A stretch of 42,976 nt of DNA from a virus (lineage: Duplodnaviria; Caudoviricetes): positions 1 to 42,976 of IMG/VR virus record IMGVR_UViG_3300029891_000006; one strand, written 5' to 3'. This document shows, in pieces, positions 19,027-27,545 of the stretch (positions are counted from its first letter, which is position 1; every line of letters begins with the position of its first letter). Made by a program: the position numbers and the translations under genes. The notes under the pieces were generated by a model. That model saw nothing but the letters and a program-made list of their open reading frames with translations. It was not told the DNA's origin and ran no database searches.

Positions 19027-19101
19027 CTATTCTACAGATTTATCTGGTAATGTTTTCATAATTTCTATGCAATTGCCTAAATACACTTCATTTATTCCCA
19101 T
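19027..19101 (-). pseudogene. Truncated N-terminus of an N6/N4 (beta-class) DNA methyltransferase
   Basis: SD AGGAG, then MGINEVYLGNCIEIMKTLPDKSVE*, stopping just before the expected D/SPPY motif. Confidence 0.7.
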
Positions 19102-19149
19102 GCCTATTCTCCTAATGCAAACAATAGCGATGATGATAAAATAGTGGTA

Positions 19150-19470
19150 TCATCTGTTATAGATTTTTTCTATTGTAACCCCGCCATCCTTCCTTGGATA
19201 AAATTTTATGTTCATGCCAGCAATATAAAAATTCCGCCCATCGTGAATTGCCGAAATTAAGGCAGCCTCGATGTTTGCTTTTGCAAAGGCTTCACCCCTA
19301 TCCCATCCTTGCATTCGCCCCCATGTGTATGCAACGAGAACAATAAAAATAAAAAATACAATAATCAACAATGTAAAAATTTCATTACGGATTGTAAGAT
19401 TTTTTGCTCGGTAATAGTTGATTAAGCCTTTATTCATTTTATTGCATCCTCCCTTTCTCGAAACTTCCAA
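19150..19470 (-). CDS. Single-TM membrane protein (probable start at MNKGL)
   Basis: FTLLIIVFFIFIVLVAYTW; GGAGGA upstream of the internal ATG. Confidence 0.6.
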   Translation of the reverse strand: MEVSRKGGCNKMNKGLINYYRAKNLTIRNEIFTLLIIVFFIFIVLVAYTWGRMQGWDRGEAFAKANIEAALISAIHDGRNFYIAGMNIKFYPRKDGGVTIEKIYNR

Positions 19471-19641
19471 TTTTCCATTATCTTTAATAATTCTTGCTCT
19501 TGCCCGCTAAATTCTTTTTCATTTTCTTCCCATAAATTGTGTGCTTCACTGGTTCTGTTTTGTCGTAATAATCTCTAATATATAAAGCACAACCCGTATA
19601 TTCTCCGTTTGAATTTTTATCGCCAAATTGTTTCAATGTCT

Positions 19642-19806
19642 CTAAATCCCCTTCCCATTTTCCCTTATTTTTCTTTTCTGTTCACGGGCATTTACCATTG
19701 CCCTTGCCTGTTCTGCGGTTAATTTGCGTCTTGATTTTTTCCCGCCTCTCTTCCCCATTTCGGAAAGATATTTACTTATGATGAGCGCCACTACATTTGT
19801 TTCCAT
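19642..19806 (-). CDS. Small basic GKRGG-motif protein (54 aa)
   Basis: SD AAGGAGG before the ATG at 19806; LSEMGKRGGKKSRR. Confidence 0.65.
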   Translation of the reverse strand: METNVVALIISKYLSEMGKRGGKKSRRKLTAEQARAMVNAREQKRKIRENGKGI

Positions 19807-19888
19807 TTTCCCCTCCTTAGTTGTCAATTTTTTTGCCAATTCTATAGGCTCCCATGGCCTCCGCTGTCTTGTCATAAATTGGCTATAT

Positions 19889-20809
19889 TTACTTAAATAT
19901 TTGCACCCTACGATTGTATGTATCAACAACATAAATATAATTAGAGTCAATAGCTATGCCATGAGGATAATTAAACTGTCCATTATCAATGCCATAACTT
20001 CCAAATTTAGCCACATAGGCGTATGTAGTTTTATTAAATATTTGCACTCTATGATTCTCTGAGTCAGTAACATAAATATAATTAGAGTCAATAGCTATGC
20101 CGTGAGGATACTCAAACTGTCCATCGCCAGTGCCATAACTTCCGAATTTAGCCACATAGGCGTATGTAGTTTTATTGAATATTTGCACTGTATTATTCTC
20201 TAGGTCAGTAATATAAATATAATTAGAGTCAATAGTTATGCCGTGAGGATAATAAAACTGTCCATCACTATCGCCTCGGCCTCCAAATTTAGCCACATAG
20301 GCGTATGTAGTTTTATTGAATATCTGCACTCTGTTGTTTCCTGAGTCAATAACATAGATATAATTAGAGTCAATAGTTATGTCGTGAGGATACTCAAACT
20401 GTCCATTATCAATGCCATAACTTCCAAATTTAGCCACATAGGCGTATGTAGTTTTATTAAATATTTGCACTCTATGATTCTCTGAGTCAGTAACATAAAT
20501 ATAATTAGAGTCAATAGTTATGCCGTGAGGATACTCAAACTGTCCATCACTATCGCCTCGGCCTCCGAATTTAGCCACATAGGCGTATGTAGTTTTATTA
20601 AATATTTGCACTGTATGATTGTATGTATCAACAACATAAATATAATTAGAGTCAATGGCTATGCCTTGTGGATACTCAAACTGTCCATCACCATCGCCTC
20701 GGCCTCCAAATTTAGCATAAAATGATAACGGCAGTGGTGGGATGTCGTCATGTTTGCAACAACAATTTTCCTCTGCGTTAAGTTTTTCAAGAATTTTTTT
20801 TCTGGTCAT
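19889..20809 (-). CDS. Six-bladed NHL-repeat beta-propeller in the early operon
   Basis: Six 47-aa/141-bp repeats FG..G..DGQF.YP.GI.IDSNYIYV.D..N.RVQIF. Confidence 0.9.
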   Translation of the reverse strand: MTRKKILEKLNAEENCCCKHDDIPPLPLSFYAKFGGRGDGDGQFEYPQGIAIDSNYIYVVDTYNHTVQIFNKTTYAYVAKFGGRGDSDGQFEYPHGITIDSNYIYVTDSENHRVQIFNKTTYAYVAKFGSYGIDNGQFEYPHDITIDSNYIYVIDSGNNRVQIFNKTTYAYVAKFGGRGDSDGQFYYPHGITIDSNYIYITDLENNTVQIFNKTTYAYVAKFGSYGTGDGQFEYPHGIAIDSNYIYVTDSENHRVQIFNKTTYAYVAKFGSYGIDNGQFNYPHGIAIDSNYIYVVDTYNRRVQIFK

Positions 20810-20829
20810 TTGTCCCCTTTTTTTAGGTT

Positions 20830-21288
20830 TTACTGGTTTATTGTTAGCAGCATTCGCGCCTGAAGTTTTTCTGCAATATCAAGACAAAAATCACAATAAA
20901 ATTTCCCATTAATTTCTACGCAATTATTTTTAACAACTTTTTTGCTACAGGCGTTACAATAGTCAACACAGTCTACACAATATTTATGCTCATTAATGAT
21001 TGTGAGCTTGTCTTTTGGTAAGTTTTCGCCACAGATTTCGCAAATGGAGGCACAGTTATCACAATAACGCCAGCCATTTACTACTAAAAAATGTTTTTTA
21101 TCGACGCTTTTGTAACCGCAATTTACGCATCTATAAACATTTTTGATATAGCAATCAGTGCAGTAAGTCTTATTGTCAGCTTCGATATAACGGGCGTTGT
21201 CTTTTTTTGTGATTTCACAGCCACAGTTATCGCATTTTCTTAACGACTCAATCTCCTCATTTTTTGAGATGATTTTCTCTGTGTTCAT
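20830..21288 (-). CDS. Multi-CxxC zinc-ribbon protein
   Basis: Eight CxxC pairs; SD AAGGAGG before the ATG at 21288. Confidence 0.7.
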   Translation of the reverse strand: MNTEKIISKNEEIESLRKCDNCGCEITKKDNARYIEADNKTYCTDCYIKNVYRCVNCGYKSVDKKHFLVVNGWRYCDNCASICEICGENLPKDKLTIINEHKYCVDCVDYCNACSKKVVKNNCVEINGKFYCDFCLDIAEKLQARMLLTINQ

Positions 21289-21329
21289 TTTGTCCTCCTT
21301 TTGGTTTTTTTCGCTATATATCTTCTGCT

Positions 21330-21540
21330 CAAATATCTGCACTCTATGATTATCTGAGTCAGTAACATAAATATAATTAGAGTCAATAGCTATGCCGTGA
21401 GGATACTCAAACTGTCCATCACCATCGCCTCGGCCTCCAAATTTAGCATAAAATGATAACGGCGGTGGGGGGATGTCGTTATGTTTGCAACAACAATTTT
21501 CCTCTGCATTGAGTTTTTTGATAGGTTTTTTTCTGGTTAT
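21330..21540 (-). pseudogene. Single-blade fragment of the NHL gene (leader peptide plus one blade; ATG replaced by ATA), in frame with the zinc-ribbon gene
   Basis: Near-identical to the 5' part of 19889-20809; ITRKKPIKKLNAEENCCCKH...RVQIF. Confidence 0.7.
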
Positions 21541-21712
21541 TTTGTGTGTTCCCCCTTTTTCATAATACCCTCCCATGGCCTCTTGTGGCCAACCTTATGG
21601 ACGGTATTTGTCCCCCCTCGCATCCCTATGATAAAATTGTCCTCCTTGTGTAATCGCCAACCCGTTGAGGGGCACGGATTAAAAACCTCGGCATTACCGT
21701 GCTGATTGGTTC

Positions 21713-21746
21713 TAATACGCCTGTGGCGTACGCCACAGGCGTATTA
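21713..21746. repeat. 34-bp perfect spacerless palindrome
   Basis: TAATACGCCTGTGGCGT|ACGCCACAGGCGTATTA, flanked by CGGCATTACCG direct repeats at 21689 and 21766. Confidence 0.9.
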
Positions 21747-21770
21747 ACGTTGTCCTGTTGCCCTGCGGCA

Positions 21771-22877
21771 TTACCGCCCGTGTGAAATTGCCTGCCGCAC
21801 TGCCCTACGTGTGTAATTATCGTCTCGTAGTTGCAATAATGCGGAGGCGGAAATTGCCCAAATATGCATCCCGTATTTTTTGTCAATATCATTGTTAAAC
21901 TGTTCCGTTTGTGTTTTGCAATTCCCCGCCAAAATGCTGTCAGCGGCGGTTACGTAGATGTTTTCGAGATTTTTTAATTCGGCCTGTTTTTTGATTTTTT
22001 CGTCCCTGCGTTTTTTAAATGCCGTTATCGCTGACAAAAAAACTGATTTCGCTGTTTCTGTAATAATTTTGGGGGTGTGAAAAACCTCCCCCGAGACAAT
22101 TTGAATATACGCTCCGGATTTTTCCTGCCTATTCCATCGCCATATAATCCCCTGCCCTCGTATTGCGCCCTCATAGAGGTGGCGGAGATGATGCGGTTTC
22201 AAAATGGTTTTGGATGACCAATCGGATTTTCTGATTTTGCGCCCACCAATTATAGTTGAGCCGTTTGTTAGTATTTGATACTCCCGGAAACCGAGGCCGT
22301 AATCTACCCATACACGGCGGTGATCAGGGGAGATTGTGGCGCTGTAATCTGCGTAATGCCATACTATCCTATCCCAGCCCCGATTTTTGCTCCTCTCTCT
22401 GTGCCCCCCTACGAGAGAATTTTTCCCGTAATATATTTTGCGATACCGTTTATTTTCAGGGAGAGAAAATATTGTGTCAAACGCGAGATTTTGGATTGCA
22501 TCCTCCAGATGCCGAGGCAGTATATTTGTGCCTGCATGAGATTGATAGGTTTTTTTCACCTCTGCCGTTTCCGCAAACCGAGAGCGTGCATAAACCGGCA
22601 GTTTTTTGATAGTCTTGCGCTCACGTTTTACACAGGCAAAATGTTTGGTTTCCTCCTCCATAACAGCGACTGCGGTAGATTGCAGCGCTAACAGGTACGC
22701 GTCCTCCAGCGAATCAACGTAATACGGGTTGTGCTCGGACAGTATTTTGAATAATTTTGTTCCAACAACTCGTCTCTGTCCTGCCTCTGTTTTGGCGGTT
22801 GAGCCTAATTTCCGTGCTGCCCATGCGGTAGCCCACGCGGTAGCCTCTGCGGTAAGATTTTGCGTTTTCGTTTTCAT
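21771..22877 (-). CDS. Early hypothetical protein (368 aa)
   Basis: Long ORF with SD inside the repeated leader; C-terminal YVT..DS..AGNC motif. Confidence 0.75.
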   Translation of the reverse strand: MKTKTQNLTAEATAWATAWAARKLGSTAKTEAGQRRVVGTKLFKILSEHNPYYVDSLEDAYLLALQSTAVAVMEEETKHFACVKRERKTIKKLPVYARSRFAETAEVKKTYQSHAGTNILPRHLEDAIQNLAFDTIFSLPENKRYRKIYYGKNSLVGGHRERSKNRGWDRIVWHYADYSATISPDHRRVWVDYGLGFREYQILTNGSTIIGGRKIRKSDWSSKTILKPHHLRHLYEGAIRGQGIIWRWNRQEKSGAYIQIVSGEVFHTPKIITETAKSVFLSAITAFKKRRDEKIKKQAELKNLENIYVTAADSILAGNCKTQTEQFNNDIDKKYGMHIWAISASALLQLRDDNYTRRAVRQAISHGR

Positions 22878-22883
22878 TTTGTG

Positions 22884-22943
22884 TGTCCCCCTTTAAAATT
22901 TTACTGGTTTATTGTTAGCAGCAGGCGCTGTTCCTCCTGCCCC
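22884..22943 (-). repeat. Repeated hairpin plus SD leader, copy 2
   Basis: 48 bp identical to 23363-23410; 25-bp core also at 20828-20852. Confidence 0.9.
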
Positions 22944-22946
22944 TGT

Positions 22947-23360
22947 CTATGTATATAAATTATTATACTCCATTTTAAAACTAACAAACGCTGCAGTTAT
23001 CGCATCCCCACGATACAGATACTCGTCAGCCCATTTCTCTGCCGCCTCGAGGCTGATAGGCGACTCCTCCACACGAGACTCCCTGAGTATCATTGTGTAT
23101 TCGTTGGCAAATCCTCGTTTGTCATCTCTGTCGAGGTAATAATTATTCTCCATCAGCCAGCTGATTAGAGCTGCCCGCCTCCTCGCCTCGTGGATTTCGT
23201 TGTTTATCGATTCGCCCCGCTCATTACCCTCTACACCGTCGTTTAATTGTCCACCGTCCCGTATATCCCAATCAAATTGACAATTACAAAATTCCTCGTG
23301 TTCAATTTTGAAATCGCCTGCATTGAGTTTTTCAAGATTTTTTTCTTTGGTCATTTTCAT
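22947..23360 (-). CDS. Early hypothetical acidic protein; first gene of the operon
   Basis: SD AAGGGGG; N-terminus MTKEKNLEKLNA resembles that of the NHL gene. Confidence 0.7.
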   Translation of the reverse strand: MKMTKEKNLEKLNAGDFKIEHEEFCNCQFDWDIRDGGQLNDGVEGNERGESINNEIHEARRRAALISWLMENNYYLDRDDKRGFANEYTMILRESRVEESPISLEAAEKWADEYLYRGDAITAAFVSFKMEYNNLYT

Positions 23361-23362
23361 TT

Positions 23363-23422
23363 TGTCCCCCTTTAAAATTTTACTGGTTTATTGTTAGCAG
23401 CAGGCGCTGTCCCTGCTGCCCC
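23363..23422 (-). repeat. Repeated hairpin plus SD leader, copy 1
   Basis: GCAGCAGG-7 nt-CCTGCTGC stem, then TAACAATAAACCAGTAAAATTTTAAAGGGGGACA. Confidence 0.9.
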
Positions 23423-23429
23423 CTATTAT

Positions 23430-23667
23430 TAATAATATATCATAATCTCCTTATCTTGTCAAATTTATAATTTTAATGACCCTATTAATGTTTTTTATGC
23501 CCTCTGTTTTTTATGCTCTCTGTTTTTTATACTAATAATATATCATAATCTCCTTATCTTGTCAAATTTATAATTTTAATGACCCTATTAATGTTTTTTA
23601 TACCAATACCTCTCAATTTTTATTTTGTCAAATTTATAATTTTAATAATTCTATAAATGTTTTTTAT
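23430..23667 (-). promoter_or_regulatory. Tandem early promoters (two identical 69-bp copies plus a partial third)
   Basis: 23430-23498 = 23533-23601; TTGACA-17 nt-TATATT with TG and an AT-rich upstream tract. Confidence 0.85.
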
Positions 23668-23709
23668 ACCCTACTTGACTTCTCCCCCCCAAAAATGATA
23701 TAAAAAATT

Positions 23710-24291
23710 ATGAAAAAAATGGTTGATTCTAAAATCGTCAACAGGGTGCTCGCCCAATCCCCCAAACCCCTGCCCCCTAAACGTTTACGCCCCTCCTCCA
23801 GCGTCCAACCGTCAACTCATGCCCCCAAAACACGCATGCAATCCTATGTGCGGCGGCAGACTCTGCTGAAAGGGCTCATCGAGGGCAAGGCGATTCGGGA
23901 AATCGCCCCTACTCTCGGGTTGTCCCCCAAAAATGCAGCTAATCAGGCGGCGGTTATGCTCCACGAACCTGCGGTACAGTCATCGTTTTGTCGAATTCTC
24001 GAGGCGGCGGGGTTAACCGATGATTTTTTGGCGGCGAAAGTTCGTGAATTATTAACAGCTGAAAAAATTGAATATTTCTCACATGAGGGTGTGGTAACTG
24101 ACCAGCGCACTCAGCCCGCCCATGAAACTCAACGCAAAACATTGGAGTTGGCCACCAAACTCAAGGGACACCTCAAGGACAACAACGCTAACGATATTAA
24201 TATCGGTCTGATGCAGATTGTTGTGGATGCAATCAATGTTGGCACTGACGACACCGCAATACCAGTAACTCCGGTAATACCAGATATTTAA
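23710..24291 (+). CDS. terS: Putative terminase small subunit
   Basis: HTH-like region, GLTDDFLAAKVRELL..RKTLELATKLKG; nearest real gene upstream of terL. Confidence 0.65.
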   Translation: MKKMVDSKIVNRVLAQSPKPLPPKRLRPSSSVQPSTHAPKTRMQSYVRRQTLLKGLIEGKAIREIAPTLGLSPKNAANQAAVMLHEPAVQSSFCRILEAAGLTDDFLAAKVRELLTAEKIEYFSHEGVVTDQRTQPAHETQRKTLELATKLKGHLKDNNANDINIGLMQIVVDAINVGTDDTAIPVTPVIPDI

Positions 24292-24436
24292 GTAATACCA
24301 GATATTTAAGTAATACCAGATTTGTTGGTAATACCAGATTTACTGGTAATACCAGATATTTAAGTAATACCAGATATTTAAGTAATACCAAATTTGTTGG
24401 TAATACCAGATTTACTGGTAATACCAGATTCTAAGT
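24275..24436 (+). repeat. 9 x 18-bp tandem array (TAATACCAGAT-N7), pattern AABC-AABC-D
   Basis: Units start at 24275 and recur every 18 bp; the array begins inside the terS 3' end. Confidence 0.95.
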
Positions 24437-24485
24437 TTTGACCCAACGCCAGCTAATGTCTCATTGTCATAGATATGGACACAAT

Positions 24486-24806
24486 CACCGATACTCCGAT
24501 AACTCCGGTAACTCCGGTAACACCGATACTCCGATAACTCCGGTAACTCCGGTAACACCGATACTCCGATAACTCCGGTAACTCCGGTAACACCGATACT
24601 CCGATAACTCCGGTAACTCCGGTAACACCGATACTCCGATAACTCCGGTAACTCCGGTAACACCGGTAACACCGATACTCCGATAACTCCGGTTACACTG
24701 GCAACCCCAATAGCACTGCGGCAACATCGGAGTTAACTCGGTATAACTCCGGTGTGTCCGGCGAGCTCGGTTACTCCGGTTACTCCGGTTACTCCGGTAA
24801 CTCCGA
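24486..24806 (+). repeat. 35-bp tandem array (5 perfect copies plus a partial one) built from TAACTCCGG-like 9-mers, with a degenerate tail
   Basis: CACCGATACTCCGATAACTCCGGTAACTCCGGTAA at 24486, 24521, 24556, 24591, 24626. Confidence 0.95.
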
Positions 24807-24949
24807 CCAATTTTCTGATTTCAATAAGTTTTCAAAAATTCCCCCTTTTCTACCAGATTTTCCGCCCAACAGGGGGGTGCAAGGGTCATCGGGAAAAGAG
24901 GGAAAAATTGTTTAATCCCCTTTCCACCGAATTAATAAAATTAAACTCC

Positions 24950-25019
24950 TTGACTTAATTGACACTGCCTGGACATGATTAGCATATTTTTGACTTAATT
25001 GACATGTCCTGGACATGAT
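24950..25019 (+). repeat. 2 x 30-bp direct repeat, 40-bp period
   Basis: TTGACTTAATTGACA-nnn-CCTGGACATGAT. Confidence 0.85.
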
Positions 25020-25230
25020 GTTTATACGGAGGGAAGTCGAAGGGGGTGCAAGCCCGACATTACATTTTTTTGTAAGAATGTGAAAAGTGAACATAGATAG
25101 CAAGCAAGAGGCATTCTAAACGCTTTTACATAACTATCTTTCGTTGGATTGGTAATCTCACGTTTTTTCCAAAAAATGTAAACATTTTTTGGATGTGTAT
25201 TAGAGAGAGAGAGAGTAAAAAGAAACAACA

Positions 25231-25500
25231 GCTTGAAGTAGCTTGAAGTAGCTTGAAGTAGCTTGAAGTAGCTTGAAGTAGCTTAAAGTAGCTTAAAGTA
25301 GCTTGAAGTAGCTTAAAGTAGCTTAAAGTAGCTTAAAGTAGCTTGAAGTAGCTTGAAGTAGCTTGAAGTAGCTTGAAGTAGCTTGAAGTAGCTTGAAGTA
25401 GCTTGAAGTAGCTTGAAGTAGCTTGAAGTAGCTTAAAGTAGCTTGAAGTAGCTTAAAGTAGCTTAAAGTAGCTTAAAGTAGCTTGAAGTAGCTTGAAGTA
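25231..25500 (+). repeat. 27 x 10-bp tandem array GCTT[G/A]AAGTA
   Basis: 18 G-type and 9 A-type units, otherwise invariant. Confidence 0.97.
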
Positions 25501-25862
25501 GACTTTTTTCCCCTCACACTTTTTCTGCAGGTTACAATTAAATGTAAGCGTCTAAATTATCTAATTTTGGACACAACTGTATTATATTAGATTATACAAT
25601 CCAGTGTCGCCCCCATGGGGGGGGGCCGCTATCGGTCTATGTTTTGTATATTCGACTAATCCAGGGAGCCGATAGACTTGTTGAGGTCTCTCAATCCTGC
25701 CCTGGAAATCCTATATGGATAACCCCTATTATACTGACTCGCTGTAATAGGCCGGAGGGACACGGCGCAGCTTGTTGCTGTGTTTGCTCGCTGTCCGTGA
25801 GATTTGCTCGGGTATGGGATTGAGGCATAAGAACCGTCAACTCTTGATTTGTTCATAAAATA

Positions 25863-25891
25863 AGCGTAATACATTTTGAGGAGGATGTCAA
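25863..25891 (-). promoter_or_regulatory. Leftward promoter divergent from terL
   Basis: TTGACA-17 nt-TACGCT; ATG 6 nt downstream at 25856. Confidence 0.55.
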
Positions 25892-25958
25892 GTTAAATTT
25901 TCTTATAGGGGTTATAAGGATAATTATATAAGAGTTAAAATTAGCTATCCGAAAAAAT

Positions 25959-25987
25959 TTGACCTATGAGGATAGATATGATATATT
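25959..25987 (+). promoter_or_regulatory. terL promoter (leaderless geometry)
   Basis: TTGACC-17 nt-TATATT with TG; ATG 6 nt later. Confidence 0.65.
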
Positions 25988-25993
25988 TTCAAT

Positions 25994-27469
25994 ATGAGCA
26001 AAGATATAGAGCAAACACTTAAATGGAAGGTAGAAGAATGTCAAAAGGTAATCAAGTCATTTACTTATTTTCTTAATAATTATGTATGGATAGAGGATAA
26101 GGCTTCACATACGGCGATAAAATTAGAATTATGGCCTGAGCAGGAGAAGATAATATCGACAATAGTAGAATCTCCGTTATTAATAATATTAAAGGCAAGG
26201 CAGTTAGGATTGACATGGTTAATTGCGGCATATGTATTATGGCAGACATTAAGGAATCGGCTATATTTAACAGTAGTTATATCTGTAAACGAGGAATTAA
26301 GCATTGAATTTTTAGAGAGGGTTTATTTTATAATGGACAGGTGTCCTAAATGGCTTGGGACAGCGGGGGCGCCGATAAAGACACGCAGTAAGCAGGTATT
26401 AGAGATACAGCATTTAAGGGGATTAGTGGGAACGATAAAGAGTTTACCTACAACCGAAATGGGGGCGCAATCAAAGACTCCGAATTTACTAATAATGGAT
26501 GAGACATGCAAGAACAGGATGTCGAGGGCGATATTCAATGCATCTTATCCGGGGATTGAGGCGGCGAAGGGGCAGGTGATACTAATATCGAATGCAATAA
26601 AGGAAGGGGCTGGTTGGTATTTCACGAGAGATTTATATATAGCAACTATGCGGGGATTAAATAAATTCAGACGCATTTTTTTATCGTGGGCTGCACATCC
26701 AGGGCGACCTGCTGATTTTAAGGAGCAGATGTTATTGGCGGGCATGAGTAAAAGGGATATAGATGAGAACTATCCTGATACTGAGGAAGAAGCGATTGAA
26801 GATCGCAATATCAAGGGGGTTTATTATTCTCGTCAGATGACAGAGGCGAGGAAAGATAAAAGGATAAGCAGTGTTCCGTATGTAGAGGGACATGAGGTAA
26901 ATACTTTTTGGGATTTAGGGATAGATGATGCCAACACAATTTGGTTTATGCAGCAGATAGGGCGTGAATATAGATTTATAGATTATTACGAAAATTACGG
27001 TATGGGTTTTTCACATTATGCCAAAGTGTTAAAGGAAAAGCCATACGTTTACGGAGATCATTACATGCCCCATGATGTTGAAAAAAGAGAAATGGGGGGT
27101 GATACAGATGTAGCGTTAAGTCGTAAGGAGGTAGCTGAGAATTTAGGTATAAGGCCGATTCTTACAGTTAAAAGGGCTAAGGATTCACAGGCGATATTAA
27201 ATGGCATTGAAGCCGTAAGAAATATTCTTGGTCAATGTTGTTTTGATGAGGAAAAATGCGCTAAGGGGATATTGGGGTTAGAGGCTTATCAATCTGAGTG
27301 GGATGAGGAAAAAGAAAAATTAGGAAATAAACCTTTACATAACTGGGCAAGTCATCCTGCTGATGGATTCAGAACATTTGCAGTTGGCTATACTCAAGAG
27401 ACACCTAAAGAAACTACAAGAAACATGAGAGATTATTTTAATTCCGATAATGCTTATATGGGGGGTTAA
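25994..27469 (+). CDS. terL: Terminase large subunit
   Basis: Walker A LKARQLGLT, Walker B LLIMDE, nuclease motifs WDLGIDD and ASHPADGF. Confidence 0.95.
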   Translation: MSKDIEQTLKWKVEECQKVIKSFTYFLNNYVWIEDKASHTAIKLELWPEQEKIISTIVESPLLIILKARQLGLTWLIAAYVLWQTLRNRLYLTVVISVNEELSIEFLERVYFIMDRCPKWLGTAGAPIKTRSKQVLEIQHLRGLVGTIKSLPTTEMGAQSKTPNLLIMDETCKNRMSRAIFNASYPGIEAAKGQVILISNAIKEGAGWYFTRDLYIATMRGLNKFRRIFLSWAAHPGRPADFKEQMLLAGMSKRDIDENYPDTEEEAIEDRNIKGVYYSRQMTEARKDKRISSVPYVEGHEVNTFWDLGIDDANTIWFMQQIGREYRFIDYYENYGMGFSHYAKVLKEKPYVYGDHYMPHDVEKREMGGDTDVALSRKEVAENLGIRPILTVKRAKDSQAILNGIEAVRNILGQCCFDEEKCAKGILGLEAYQSEWDEEKEKLGNKPLHNWASHPADGFRTFAVGYTQETPKETTRNMRDYFNSDNAYMGG

Positions 27470-27510
27470 TTCCCCAAAAAGTAAATTGTTCCTCATTTGG
27501 GAAATACCTC

Positions 27511-27539
27511 TTGACAAAACTTAACACTTCTGTTTTAAT
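27511..27539 (+). promoter_or_regulatory. Portal operon promoter (leaderless geometry)
   Basis: TTGACA-17 nt-TTTAAT with TG; ATG 6 nt later; no SD. Confidence 0.65.
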
Positions 27540-27545
27540 TTATTT

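Noticed and set aside
20830-21576. Single 248-aa NHL/zinc-ribbon fusion gene as listed in the ORF track
   Set aside because: A strong SD and ATG at 21288 and the ATA-mutated duplicate start favour a fragment plus a separate gene. A fusion product is not excluded.
21713-21746. Protelomerase target of a linear plasmid prophage
   Set aside because: No protelomerase or partition genes were recognised.
24412-24958. ORFs 24412-24672, 24485-24727 and 24752-24958
   Set aside because: They are translations of the repeat arrays, cycling through frames, with no SD.
24275-25500. CRISPR array
   Set aside because: The units are contiguous tandem repeats without unique spacers, and there are no cas genes.
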